Assembly (NCBI GenBank): GCA_964016885.1
Contig: OZ024752.1
Location: 24,986,001 to 25,050,000 of the forward strand
Source: Eledone cirrhosa
Taxonomy: Eukaryota
Length of the DNA: 64,000 bases
Direction: 5' to 3'
Shown: in pieces, positions 14,245 to 29,560 of the stretch
Position numbering within the stretch: the stretch's first letter is position 1
How the letters are laid out: each line of letters opens with the position of its first letter
The notes under the pieces: model-generated
The model's input: the letters and a program-made list of their open reading frames with translations, nothing else
Told to the model about the DNA's origin: nothing
The model's database searches: none
Made by a program: the position numbers and the translations under genes

Positions 14245-15640
14245 TCTGTCCGTTTTTCAATGCTGGCATGTGTTGGATGGGTCATTTTAAGCACAACATC
14301 TCCCCACTCGCTTGTTCCTTCGTTATCTCTTCTGTGAGTCTCAGCAATTTGAGATCAGCTCTCACCACATCTACCCTGGTCTTCCTTGGTCTACCTTTAC
14401 TATGGTTTCCCTCCTCTGGTATTCCCTGGCACTTTAACCAGTGATTACCATCCATGGATATCATATATCCGTACCAAAGCAGTCTTCTCTCTTGCACACC
14501 ACTTTGGATTCCTCTGAAGTCCAATTTCTTCCTCATTTTATCCAAGCTCTGCCTTCCTCTCACATTTACGTTGCACATCCAACGAAGCATGATTGCTCCA
14601 TTTCTATCCAGCTTATGCATGTCTTCTGCAGTTACTGCCCATGTTTCACTTCCATGCAGTATTGCACTTTACACACAGGCATTGCACAGCCAAAATTTTT
14701 GTACGTCGGGAGAAACCTTTATTTGCCAACAGTGGAAGTAGCTCGCTAAACTTCAATCATATCCTCTCTTACGAAGCACCCTCCTCCACTACTAATTAGG
14801 TTACCTAGATAGCGGAAGCTATCATTGTGTACAGATTATGCCTACTCCTTTTCTACATATGCAGTAGGGTCACTTATCCTTTAGTTCTTTTATGGATTCA
14901 GCTATAAGGACCAAATCATTCACATAGACTGTTTCCTGTGAACAGCTAGACTTAAACCCATTGGTTATGGCCTGGAGAACTATGATGAACAGTAGTGCGT
15001 TGTGAACTGAACCATGATGAACGCCTACCGTACGTTGAATTCCTCATTAAACTCCCTTCCTACTCTCACTTTACTGACAGCTCCTCTGTACATCGCTTGC
15101 ACTGCTCTCACAAGCCATTCTCCACCTAAATTTCTGAAGGACCACCAGATAACAGAGTGAGGTACTTTGTCAAAGGCCTTTTCTAGATCTACAAAAGAAT
15201 ATGGAAGTTGAAGGACCCCACAGCCAGTAAGGAAGAGCAATTAGAGACGTACAATATAGAGGAACAGTGGAAATTCTTGAAAGTGAACCTGCTGAAAGCG
15301 ACGGATGAAATATGGGGCTGGAGCAGACCTATAGGCAGGAGGAGAGTAACTTGGTGGTGGAACAGTAAGGTAGAGGAGACAATGAAGGCCAAAAAGCAGG
15401 CTTGGAAAGTATGGCAGGATGGGGGTAGTAGAGAGCACTATCAAGTGGCCAGGAGAGAAGCTAGGAGACAAGTGTACCTTGCAAGAAGGGAAGCAGAGGA
15501 TAGAAATATCAAGCATGTTCTACAACAAGAGGACCAAAAATGTGAGGTGGGCAGGATTGCTAGACAATGTGTCAAGGAAAATCGTGATATTGTCGGGGAG
15601 AAGTCAGTCTGTAATGATAATGGTGTACTTGCCATCACTA
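14245..15640. mobile_element. Decayed RTE (subfamily C): 3' part on minus (14245-15190) fused to linker part on plus (15190-15640)
   Basis: FVDLEKAFD and WYG motifs on minus; VTWWWNSKV motif on plus; related structure at 32322-34332. Confidence 0.8.
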
Positions 15641-16839
15641 TTCAACAGACCCCATGAGGTCTACAGATACACCCAGAGCGATTGGAACCCTACTACTACA
15701 GAACACAAATGTGGAAGATTCACTGCTGTCTGCAGGCCATGGTAGTTCACAGTTATTACAGATCATTCAGAGATATACAAACCATATCTTACTAACTACG
15801 GTCTCACAACTACTACCACAGACTCTCACAACTACTACCACAACAATTATCTGTCGCTCGCTGTTTTCACAACAACAACAACAACAGCCTCACATCAGCA
15901 GCATTAACTACATTAACAACTCTTGGTAACTGTTTTATATGTACTTTTTAATTGATTCACGTGAAGTAAACTATATATAACCAAATCACTTATTCTTATA
16001 TAGTCATTCTTTTATTCTTTATATTCTCGTTATTACACCTATTCCTATTATACATTTATTCTTATTATTCATGTTACCTCATCTAACAATTATGTTAAAT
16101 CCTTCTAACTAATTTCTTCCTAAACCCATCGTTAAATATGTATATGTGTATATGTATATATATGTGGGTGAGTGTGTGTGTATATATATTTATATATGTA
16201 TATGTTAAACCGGTGTTGACATGTCACCAGGAGAGGAGATGATAGCTACGTTAGAAAGTCTTATCAGAATGAATTTTTCCCTAAACTGCCATAGAGCAGA
16301 CCTTCCAAGAAATAGAAGGATATAATTTACATAGCTTGCTTGAATACCAGTGCTTACATTGGAGAGAATTACTCTGGACAGGAAAGGTGATATCTACAGT
16401 TTATCAATATAGAAATATAAAATTTCCACTGTTAAATCTATCTGCTTCTAAATTATTCTGTATTATGTCATACAGTTTCTTTTTCATTTCAGAATACCAG
16501 ATGACAGTGGGATAAAATATTATTATCAATCTTGGATACATCACCTCTATTTATAATAATTTTAAGACGAAAACATTTTAAACAGAACTTATATAACACT
16601 GTTTATATAAATCTATAGTTCAATTACTGTGAAATATTTCCTCAGAAATGAGTTTATTTTCTTCACTGTGAGATGATTTTGTATTTTAACTAAACTTGGA
16701 TGAAACATAAGTTTGTATTATCTTCAGATATTAACTGAAATCACAGTTGAGGGAAATATAGAAGAAGAAATATTTTTAGGAATATAATATAAGAAATATT
16801 ACAAGTAAAACATTTGTATATTCTGTTGAAGAAAAAGTC

Positions 16840-18440
<1,601 letters not shown>

Positions 18441-18763
18441 TAAAGTCATATCTCATTATCTCAAAATGGTGAATTAATTAAACACAAATACATTTATATG
18501 AGTGAGAAGACATACCACTGTGATATTGGAGAGAAATTATTCTCTTTTATTGCTTCATTAACTACATAGAAACATATATATATATACTGGAGAAAAGCCA
18601 TATCACTGTAATATTTGTGGTAAATTATCATCTGCATATTCATCAAAATAATTTGAAATATTTGTTTTTTCCTTTCTTCCCTCTTTCCTTTCACTAACCA
18701 GGAGAAACTTCAACCGCTAAGGTATCATTCCTGGATACGTCGCTATTTATAAAACAACCTTTG

Positions 18764-18824
18764 TATTTTATCTGAGGAGAGCGTACCAAAGTTTTGGTAC
18801 TCTTGAAATATATATAATAGAATA
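18764..18824 (+). ncRNA. Minimal type I hammerhead ribozyme motif in ZNF copy 2 tail
   Basis: TATTTTAT-CTGAGGA-GAGCGTACCAAAGTTTTGGTACTCTT-GAAA-TATATAT-A-ATAGAATA. Confidence 0.7.
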
Positions 18825-18863
18825 AATATGGTTTTATAAATAGTTTCCATTTATTAATATCAT

Positions 18864-18922
<59 letters not shown>

Positions 18923-18925
<3 letters not shown>

Positions 18926-21900
18926 TTATCTATCAAAGGCAGATTGTTGTTGTGTGTGTGTGTGTACATGTTCCATGTTTATACATTTGCACAATTGCAA
19001 ACCGATTCGACTCAACGTCTGTAAGAATGTTGTAAATGGTGTAACTTAGGTAAACGACTATTTATTTATTTCAAAATCACCCTCAATTACGGAAATAATT
19101 GATAAAACTAAATACATGACGCTTTACCCCTCTAATACAATCTGAATTCCTCTGGCTACTCCCCTTAAAAATCGAAAAAAAGAATACATGCTGCAACTTT
19201 CTCTTATATGCGCTTATAAACCCCTTCCTGACTTACTTCTTTAGAGAAAGAGAGAAAAAAATAAAGGAGTGAGCCAGAGAGTGAGAGACAGCGACAAATG
19301 TTAAATACATGACGCTTTACCCCTCTAATACAATCTGATTCTTCTCTCTACTCCCCTTAAAAATCTGAAAAAATACATACATCCTGCTACATCATATCAA
19401 ACAACATTTATTCAAAAGCAACAGATAAATTTATTCAACAACAAAAATAGCGACAAATCTTTTTTAACACGTTTATTGAGTGAAAAAAAAACCACATAGG
19501 GATTTTTGGCCAAACAACTTACACTTGCTGACAGAAGCGCACTTTCAACAAACTGTGAGTTATTTATTTTCCGTTCGTTCACCGATTTTTTCCCCTGCAG
19601 AACGCAGACAGTTTTCAGCCTTATACTTTCAAAGGCAATTTTGCTGTAGAAGTAACTTTCACCCTTTCTTTTTCACATAAAATGTCATCTAAAAAGAGAA
19701 GTCGCCTCGGTCGCCATACCACGTCAGCGGCGGCGCAGACGGCGATTACAGCAAACGAGTCCCCCGAGGAAACTGCTTTAAGACTTTCACAGAGCGCCTT
19801 ACATTCATCGGAATTCAGAGCTGCTGAAAGTTTTCAACAACGCACCGCACGCCTAGCCAAGATGGCTTCATACGACGCCTCGATACGTGCTGCGATGTGC
19901 GATTCAGAGCGGGCGATACGTCATTCCAAAAAAAAAACACTTCTACTGCTGCTTCCGGGACTTCAGAGGGCCCGGAACAAAGGTCGACTCGCCTGGCTAG
20001 AAACGCTGCTGCTACTACTGCTTCCAGGGCTTCAGAGGGCCCACAAAAATGGTCGACTCGCCTGAATAGAAACGCTGCTGCTACTGCTGCTTCCATGGCT
20101 TCAGAGGGCCCGGAACAAAGGGAGGCTTGACTGAATAGAAACGCTGCAGCTACTGCTGCTTCCAGGGCTTCGGAAAGTTTGGAACGGCGGATGAATCGCC
20201 TTGCTAGGAACGCTGTGGCTATGACTGCTTCCATGACTTCTGAAGATGAAGACGGGCGGTCCATTAGGATTGCAAGGGTGGCTTCTGCTACATTCTACGT
20301 TGGAGCGGAACATTCTACGTTGCAAACACTGACGCTGACACTTTTGACTGGGACGTGCTGCTCGGTCTTCAAAACATGCTTCATGAGCACAATAGTTATA
20401 TTCGCAGTTTCAAATATGCCTTGGAAACAAACCCTTCACCAAACTTCACCATTGTCATTTATGCTGACAAAAGACCTTCTAGGGAGCACGCACGTCGTTA
20501 TAACGCTCCTTCGTGCAATGAAGTGGCCGTAGTTATCCATGGTGAACAGCACAATAAGCGAGACATAGTTCTTCAAAGCCGTGACAGTGGTATTCGACGT
20601 ATTAATGAGACGCATCGTTCATACGACGCCCTGCAGTATCCCCTTCTTTTTGCATACGGAGAAGACGGGTACCATATCGGCATTTCTCAGCGCAAACCAA
20701 ACGAGCCCACTTCTGCGACATCTAAAACTGTTTCATGTATGGATTTATATTCATACCGCTTCATGACGAGGCCTAACGATTTCAGCACCCTGCACAGGTC
20801 ACGGGAACTGTTTGCAGATGACATGGCTGCAAAAATGGAGTCGGAGAGACTGTGCTTCATAAAATTGAATCAGAAGCAGCTGCGCTCAGACTCCTACATC
20901 CATTTGCGTGATGGCATCAGGAATGACACTGACCCCCGGAACATCGGCAAAATGTGCATTCTCCCCTCAACCTATACAGGAATGGGGGGGGGTACATACA
21001 CGAGCGAACACAGGACGCTATGACGTTCGTTCGGCATTATGGGCGCCCCAATTTATTCATCACGTTTACGTGTAACCCCAAGTGGGTTGAGGTTACGCGG
21101 GAACATATCCCAGGGCAGCAGTACTGCCATCGGCATGATATTATTGCCAGAATTTTCAGGCAGAAGCTGGCTAAGCTAATTGAGCTAATCAAAAAAGGGA
21201 AGGTTTTCAGGCCTGTTAGGTGCCACATGTACACTGTTGAGTGGCAGAAAAGAGGGTTGCCACACGCGCACATTTTCGTTTGGTTGGTCACCAAAATAGA
21301 CCCTACAGTTCTAGATAACGTCATCGCAGCGAAAATACCAGACCCCGTTGTTGACCGGCAGCTGTACGACATTGTGAAAGCACACATGGTGCACGGTCCG
21401 TGCGGTCCCGGTTTTCAAGAGTTCTCCTCATGCTACAAAGACCATGTGTGCACTAAACGATACCCAAAGAGGTTCCAGACCGGCGGCGACGGATACCCAC
21501 TGTACAGACGAAGGCAGCCTGAGAACGGTGGATTCACTATAACGTTACGGGGTCATAAAGTTGATAATAGGTGGGTGGTCCCGTACTGTCCATTTCTGAT
21601 GAAAACTTTCAACGCTCATATAAATGTGGAGTTCTGTCATTCAGTGAAGTCAATAAAGTACATATGTAAATATGTTAACAAGGGTTCCGACGCTGCCATG
21701 TTCGGCCTTCAAAACGACAATAGCAGGGACGAGGTGTCGGAGTACATGGCAGGTCGATATATCAGCAGTGGTGAAGCTTTTTGGTGGATATTCGGGTTTC
21801 CACTTCACCAAAGGCACCCAGCCATCATACAACTAGCGGTTCATTTGGAAAACGGCCAGTGGGCTTACTTTACTGAACAGACTGCTGCTCAATTGGCGGC

Positions 21901-24653
21901 CAATCCAAAAGAAACAACTTTGACTGTTTTTTTTAAGCTTTGCTAACTTGACACATTTGCCAAAACACTTTCATATCCTCAGGTCCCGTCCTACTACGTG
22001 TGGTCAAACAACACTTGGGTGGGTAGGAAGTCAGGTCAGGATGTTGAAGGACATCCTGGTGTCAAGTTTGACAGTTGTTTAGGAAGAGTGTACACTGTAC
22101 CTCCCAACCAGCATGAGTGTTTTCACCAACGCCTTCTCCTCCATGAGGTTTTTGGGTCACAAAACTTTCGAGACATAAGAACTGTTGACGGTGAATTATG
22201 TGATACTTTTCGGGAGGCCTGCTTTAGGCGTGGCCTTTTGGAGGATGATTCACAATGGGGCGCTACTATAGCAGCGGGCGTTTTGTTGAAATCTCCTAAA
22301 AGACTAAGATCGCTTTTCACTATTCTACTCCTATGGTACGACTTGGGTGATCCGGCCTCTTTATGGCTTAGCTACAAAGATTACATGTCTGAAGATTTCC
22401 TGCATCATGCTCAGTTGCTAAACCCATCAGTGGATGTCGGGTACAGTGACCGCATTTACAACAGGGCGCTGCTTGAAATCGAAGATACTGTTCTCGATAT
22501 GGGCGGTAGTTCGTTGGCGGTGTATGGCCTACCTTCAACAAACCGGGAAGGCACAAACACTCTGTCTTCGGATTTGCTACGTGAGACATCTTATAATGTT
22601 GACGAGCTTACTTAGTACATAGCGGAGAATGAGCCAAAGCTCCTTCCAGAACAGAAATTCGCTTACAACTTCGTTGTTAATTCTGTCCGGGGCAAAGCTG
22701 GGGGATTTTTTTCCTGGACGCTCCTGGAGGGACTGGGAAAACTTTTGTCACCAAATTAATATTAGCTGAGATTAGGCGAACAGAAGGCATTTCAAGCTCC
22801 CGCTTGACTTAGCGAAGACTGAGACACCCACTTGCAACATCAGTAAGAGCTCCGATCAAGCAGAAGTGTTCAGACGATGCAAGCTTATAGTTTGGGACGA
22901 ATGCACGATGGCCCAAACCATTGATGCGCTAGATAGAACTATGAGAGACATCAAAGAATCTACGGCTCCCATGGGAGGCATAACACTTCTTCTTTCAGGA
23001 GACTTCAGGCAAACGCTTCCCGTTTTTCCCAAGAGGACTAGAGCTGATGCAGTACGTGCGTGTCTTAAGTCATACTAACATGCGTGCTCATATGCGAGGT
23101 GATATCGCATCAGCAGCATTTTCTCACACCCTCCTTGCACTTGGCGAAGTCAAAACGCCCGGGGATGAAAAGGGTAATATTGCCATCGACTCACTTTGTA
23201 CCGTTGTTAGTACGTCTTCTGATCTCAGGGATGCAGTGTTCCCAGATCTTCAAGCAAATTATCAGAATATGCATTGGCTTGCCCAAAGAGCTATTCTGGC
23301 CCCGAGGAATAAAATTGTTAACCATATTAATGATCAAATGCTAAAACTCATTCCTGGGGATGGCTACGTATATAAGTCTATTGATAGAACTCCTGACCCC
23401 GAGGACGTCATCAACTATCCAATAGAGGTACTAAATTCCTTTGAGCCCCCAGGATTACCCCCACACATTTTGAAACTTAAAGTTGGTGCCCCTATAATGC
23501 TCATTCAAAATTTGGTTCCACCAAAACAATGCAAAGGCACACGTTTGGTCGTTAAGTCCTTAGCTTCCAATCTGATTGAGGCCACGATAATCACAGGGTG
23601 CGGTCGGGGCAAGGTTGTGCTCATACCAAGGATGCATCTTTTCCCATCAGGAGCAGACCTACCTTTCACATTTCGGAGGTCCCAGTTCCCGGTCAGGCCA
23701 TGCTTCGCAATGTCAATTAACAAAGCGCAGGGGCAAACACTGTCTGTCGCGGGAATACATTTGGGGGAGCCGTGTTTCTCTCATGGACAGCTTTACATTG
23801 GCTGCTCGCGTGTCGGCAGCAAGAGTGATGCTTTCGCGTTCATTCCGCAAGGGAAAACAAAAAAACATTGTGTACAAGGAGGTTTTATAGGATTACCTTG
23901 ATTACAAATTTTATAACGTTTTTATTTTTTTATTTTTTGCCTTTTCGTGAATACTTTCTAAGTAGGTTAACCTTCACTGCAGTGCACTGGACACTCCCCA
24001 CCATCGGCTGTACAAAGGCTCATTCTCGCGGCGCTACAAAGCTTCATTGCAACTCCGACCCTACTCAAATATCAGCTGTTGCTCCTCACCAACCCCCGTT
24101 TGGTGGGCCTCGGAGGACCGTGGACAGGTTAGTATTTCACCTCCGTACGACTCTCAAAGGGTGAACAATGCTTTAATGATGGGATTTACATTTTTAGGCG
24201 GTTCAAACACCTAGCCTCCGATCAGCTCTATTTCCCTCTCTCCATCGGCACAGCAGCAAGCTCATCTTCTACGTCCGATGCACCATACAATGACCCCTCT
24301 TCCTCTTCCAATGTTTTCAGGCCCCTGTTTGCGGTTCCCTCATTCCGCCCCCTCCCCATTAAAACATGTCATACAGAACAACTCCATCGCAGCTCTGTTG
24401 TTCGGCTGGGATCGTCTACGCGCGTGTTGTGCAAGTACTGTGAAACAATAAATTTCAACACTTCTTTGCACAGAGATAATATCAATAGGCGAAACTACAA
24501 TTGTCACTGCTGCCACAGCTCCTGCTTCGGCAGTCGAGGTCTGCAATTCATTCACCCAGTGCCTTGCAGACAAAAAACTGGTGCCATAAAATGGGTGGTG
24601 CAACCTAACTTTAGTAACTTACTAACTCCGAGAAGTGCCGGGCTTTAATGCTA

Positions 24654-24654
<1 letters not shown>
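18923..24654 (+). mobile_element. Helitron, formerly autonomous, with decayed Rep/helicase
   Basis: 5' A|TC at 18923; subterminal hairpin and CTAG|T at 24651-24654; Rep motifs FITFTCNPKW, VEWQKRGLPHAH, KYICKYVNKG; Pif1 motifs DAPGGTGKT, IVWDEC, GDFRQTLPV, AMSINKAQGQT, HGQLY. Confidence 0.93.
19682..23901 (+). pseudogene. Helitron RepHel (HUH nuclease + Pif1 helicase), fragmented by frameshifts, stops and deletions
   Basis: Collinear ORF pieces at 19682, 20355, 20954, 21998, 22866 and 23047. Confidence 0.9.
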
Positions 24655-24717
<63 letters not shown>

Positions 24718-24740
24718 TATATATATATATAAAATATATG

Positions 24741-24807
<67 letters not shown>

Positions 24808-24847
24808 GTATATATATATATATGTATATATATATATACATATATAC

Positions 24848-24942
<95 letters not shown>

Positions 24943-25016
24943 AATATATATATATATATATGTGTGTGAATATATATATATATATGTGTGTGTGTATATA
25001 TATATATATATGTATA
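24655..25016. repeat. Long (TA)n microsatellite
   Basis: About 360 bp of nearly pure TA. Confidence 0.97.
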
Positions 25017-25676
25017 TGTTAAACCGGTGTTGACATGTCACCAGGAGAGGAGATGATAGCTACATTAGAAAGTGCTATCAGAATGAATTTTTCGCTAAAC
25101 TGCCATAGAGCAAACCTCCCAAGAAATAGAAGGATATAATTTACAGAGCTTGCTTGAATACCAGTGCTTACATTGGAGAGAATTACTCTGGACATGAAAG
25201 TTGATATCTACAGTTTATCAATATAAACATATAAAATTTCTAGTTAAATCTATCTCTGCTTCTAAAGTATTCTGTATTATCTCATACTGTTTCTTTTTCA
25301 TTTCAGAATACCAGACGACAGTGGAATTATTATTTTCAATCTTGGACACATCACCTCTATTTATCATAATTTTAAGACGAAAACATTTTAAACAGAACTT
25401 ATATAACACTGTTTATATAAATCTATAGTTCAATTACTGTGAAATATTTCCTCAGAACAGTTTATTTTCATCACTATGAGATGATTTTGTATTTTAACTA
25501 AACTTGGGTGAAACATAAGTTTGTATTATCTTCAGATATTAACTGGAATCACAGTGGAGGGAAATATAGAAGAAGAAATATTTTTAGGAATATAATAAAA
25601 GAAATATTTTTAGGAATATAATATAAGACATATTACAAGTAAAACATTTGTATATTCTGTTGAAGAAGAAATAATT

Positions 25677-26273
25677 ATGGAAAAAAAGTTGATTGAGAAG
25701 ATTAAATGTGAAACACAATCTAAAGTGTTTAGTATTCTTGGTGAAAGGACAAAGGTTAGAGAAGAGAAGCCATATCACTCTGATATCTGTGGTAATTCAT
25801 TCAATAAACATAGTACCTTAACTACTCACAAAGTTATACATACAGGAGAGAAGCCATATCACTGTGAAATCTGTGGTACATCCTTCTCTGATGGTAGTAC
25901 CTTAACTAAACACAAACGTATACACACAGTAGAGAAACCATATCACTGTGATATCTGTGGTAAAACATTCCTTCGAAGTGATACATTAACTAAACACTTA
26001 CGTACCCATACAAGAGACAAGTCATATCATTGTGATATCTGTGGTACATCATTCTCTGTAAGCAGTCACTTAACTAGACACAAACGTACACATACAGGAG
26101 ACAAGCTATATCATTGTGATATCTGTGGTAAATCATTCTCTGATAGTACCACCTTAAGTAGACACAAACGTACCCATACAGGAGAGAAATCATATCACTG
26201 TAAATCATTCTCTCGGAGTAGTACCTTAATGTCTCACATACATAACCATACAGGTGACAATCCATATCACTGA
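25677..26273 (+). CDS. C2H2 zinc-finger protein, cassette copy 3 (6 units, 4 intact)
   Basis: 198-aa ORF with C2H2 repeats and TGEKPY-type linkers. Confidence 0.8.
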   Translation: MEKKLIEKIKCETQSKVFSILGERTKVREEKPYHSDICGNSFNKHSTLTTHKVIHTGEKPYHCEICGTSFSDGSTLTKHKRIHTVEKPYHCDICGKTFLRSDTLTKHLRTHTRDKSYHCDICGTSFSVSSHLTRHKRTHTGDKLYHCDICGKSFSDSTTLSRHKRTHTGEKSYHCKSFSRSSTLMSHIHNHTGDNPYH

Positions 26274-26480
26274 TATCTGTGGTAAATCATTCTCCATTTC
26301 TAGTAGTATAACTAGACACAAATATATCCATACAAGTGAGAAACCATAACAAAGTCATATCTCATTATCTCAAAATGGTGAATGAATTAAACACAAATAT
26401 ATTCATATGAGTGAGAAGACATACCATTGTGATATTGGGGAGAAATTATTCTCTTTCATTGCTACATTAACTACATAGAA

Positions 26481-26542
<62 letters not shown>

Positions 26543-26824
26543 TGGAGAAAAGCCATATCACTGTAATAATTGTGGTAAATTATCATCTGCATATTCATCA
26601 AAATAATTTGAAATATTTGTTTTTTCCTTTCTTCCCTTTTTCTCTCTTTCCTTTCACTATCCAGGAGAAACTTGAACCGTTAATGTATCATTCCTGGGTA
26701 TGTCACTATTTATAAAACAAACTTTGTATTTTATCTGATGAGGGCGTACCAAAGTTTTGATACCATTGAAATATGTATAACAGAATAAATATGGTTTTAT
26801 AAATATACTTTCCATTTATTAATA

Positions 26825-26860
<36 letters not shown>

Positions 26861-26963
26861 TTGCAAGAAATGTCAACATGAATGGACTTATTATTTTTAT
26901 CTAAAGACATTTTTTCCAATTCCACCCCGCCCGACCCCTTAATCTATTTTATTTCTCATTCTT

Positions 26964-26999
26964 TCTTCTGATGAAGGACTAGCGTCCGAAACGGTAAGA
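26964..26999 (+). ncRNA. Second minimal hammerhead motif (Penelope-type) downstream of ZNF tail
   Basis: TCTT-CTGATGA-A-GGAC-TAGC-GTCC-GAAA-CGGT-AAGA; six copies in the window, consensus stem III ACGT. Confidence 0.6.
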
Positions 27000-27076
27000 C
27001 CATCTTCCTGCTATATCAATCGTTAACCTAATATATCCCTTCCATTTACTGTACCGATTGTGATGTTATTTCTGTT

Positions 27077-27117
<41 letters not shown>

Positions 27118-27314
27118 GTATATATACTATATATTGGTGCGTTTTTTATTATGTATTTTCCCCTTCCTCAATGCTACTCTCTATTATGCAACCTATATTG
27201 GGTACTACATTCTTGTCAACATCACAGCAGCCAACTATAGTTGAAAGCTGCAAAGTAGAAGTTTTAATCACGATTAGGTGTAGATTATATTCACTATTTA
27301 TTATATACACGGTG

Positions 27315-27510
27315 GATTGGCGGTGGATTGGCAGTATCGGTAGATGGTCGGACGCCATGCTTTGCAGCATAGTTACGTCCCTTTATGATCTGAGTTCAAA
27401 TCCCGCCGAGGTTGACTTTGCCTTTCATCCTTACGGGGTCGATAAAATAAAAGTACCAGTAATGCACTGAGTAATTGCTGGCCTTGTACCTAAAGTAGAA
27501 ACAATTATTT
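27315..27510 (+). mobile_element. tRNA-derived SINE (Meta-domain-like)
   Basis: TGGCAGTATCGG A-box-like, GAGTTCAAATCC B-box, conserved CCTTTCATCCTT body. Confidence 0.75.
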
Positions 27511-27545
27511 ATTAAATACACAGTTCTCTAACTATATATATACAT

Positions 27546-27580
<35 letters not shown>

Positions 27581-28221
27581 CACATATATATATATACACA
27601 CACATATATATATATACACACACATATATATATATACACACACACATATATACACACACATATATACACCCACACGTACACATATATATACACATACAGT
27701 AACAGAGAAGACCCGCCTTGCCAGTAGGCATCTCTAACAAAATACACCCCGTCCCACCACCACCACCCCCACCCCATCCACACCACCCCGTCCTATGTAA
27801 AGTTATGTTGGTGCCGCGCCATCCGGGCCGAAACAAATGAGATCGTGTAGGTGTCACGACAAAAAAACACACAGTCCACGCTGTAATGTGGCCGTGTAGG
27901 CAACACGGTAAAAACCTCCCAGACCCACACTGTAAATGTGGTTGGTGTTAGGAAGGGCATCCAACTGTAGAAAACCTGCCAGACAGTCCTATGCGAGCAA
28001 GACAATCACTCTTGCCTCAAGTGGGACTACCCCCGTCCAAACCCATGCAAGCGTGGAACACGGACGTTAAACGTTGATGATGATGATGATGATACACACA
28101 TATATATATATATATACACACAGACACACACACATATATATATATATATACACACACACATATATATACACATACACACACACACACATATATATACACA
28201 TACACACACTCACATATATAT

Positions 28222-28261
<40 letters not shown>

Positions 28262-28519
28262 ACACACACCCACACACACATATATATATATACACACACA
28301 CACATACTATTTGCCTTGTGCAAGGACTTGATCTGATTGGATTTGACCAGCTTTTAACATGACGTGTGCATTCATCAGCATCTGGTGGATGTGGTATTTC
28401 AGGATGATGTTGTAGTGATCATGATCTAGGAACTGGTTTATGAAGGAACGGTAGACACAGGCATATATAGAGAAACAAATGGCTATGTTATATACACAAG
28501 ATGTGGAGGTGGGCAGTAA

Positions 28520-28655
28520 TTAAATTTCGACCAGCTAATCCCATATTCCTGGTTTGTGTCCTTAAGCTGCCAGATTTTATTTCCCAGCATTGTTGAGTTC
28601 TCTAGTCTACGGTTCTTCATAGAGTGGCTGTGAACATACCATCTTTTTTTTAATC
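28520..28655 (-). mobile_element. Penelope-like GIY-YIG endonuclease C-terminal remnant (second copy 48065-48195)
   Basis: Minus-strand translation of the 48 kb copy: KKRWYIHSHSMKIRRLENSTTLANKMWQLKDTNQEYGISW, resembling the PLE K.R...H..S....ST.L...W.LK.....I.W pattern. Confidence 0.55.
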
Positions 28656-28917
28656 TTTTATGTATATATATATATATATCAAAAGCATGTATTGAGTTAG
28701 AAACTCAAAATAGTCTCATTACAGCTAACTCAATACAAGCTTTTGATATATTCGGCTCCGTTAATTCGTAGAGCTATTTCAAATGTCGTGTAGACCCGGC
28801 TGCTATTTTTAGTGGCGTGAGTCTGTGCGACACGCTAAGTTCGGGAACCATGTGCATTATATATACACATACGTTCCAGTTTTCTATTTGATTTAGAAGT
28901 GAGGAGGATACTAATTT

Positions 28918-29004
28918 CATCACCCACTGATGAGCCTGGAATTTGGTATTTCGCTCCACAAATAATATTGCGAAACGGTTCTATAAAAGACCGTTTGGGT
29001 GATG
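28918..29004 (+). ncRNA. Type I hammerhead ribozyme with full stems
   Basis: 9-bp stem I CATCACCCA/TGGGTGATG, CTGATGA, G-C-closed stem II, GAAA, stem III ACGGT/ACCGT, GUU triplet. Confidence 0.75.
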
Positions 29005-29177
29005 GTAGTTACCACAATACTGGTATGTATTTATTTTTCTTAATTTATTCTTAAATTGGAATTGTCTGAAGTTAGTAATTTTTTCACCTTAGCGATTTTG
29101 GTCCATTACGATTTGAACACATATATACATATATGTCTGTGTTCATTTTTCCTTTTTGTTCAATTATATATACATGT

Positions 29178-29560
29178 AGGCACATGGCTTAGTAGTTAGA
29201 GCATTGGCCTTGCAATCGAAAGTTTGTAAGTTCAATACTCAGACCGGGTGATGTGTTGTTTCCTTGAGCAAGACACTTTATTTCACATTGCTCCAGTTTA
29301 CTCAGCTGTAGAAATGAGATGATAGGACTGGGGTCCATATCATTCCACTGCAAAGTGGTCGTGTAGGCACCACGGCAAAAAAGCACCCATCCCACACTGT
29401 AAAGTGGACGTGTAGGTGCCACGGCAAAAAAGCACCCAGCACTCACTGTAAATAAGGTTGGAGTTAGGAAGGGCATCCAACTGTAGAGATCAAGCCAGAA
29501 TCAGTTCCCGTCCCACCCTTGCAAGCAGGGAAAAGCGGACGTAAAATGATGATGATGATA
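29178..29560 (+). mobile_element. tRNA-derived CORE-like SINE with RTE tail
   Basis: Same family as 7357-7748; ends CGGACGTAAAA(TGA)n. Confidence 0.8.

Noticed and set aside
24611-25041. YI/CV/HT-repeat ORFs here and at other microsatellites
   Set aside because: Translations of (TA)n and (TG)n tracts
29178-29260. tRNA gene
   Set aside because: A/B boxes belong to a SINE head and no complete cloverleaf forms
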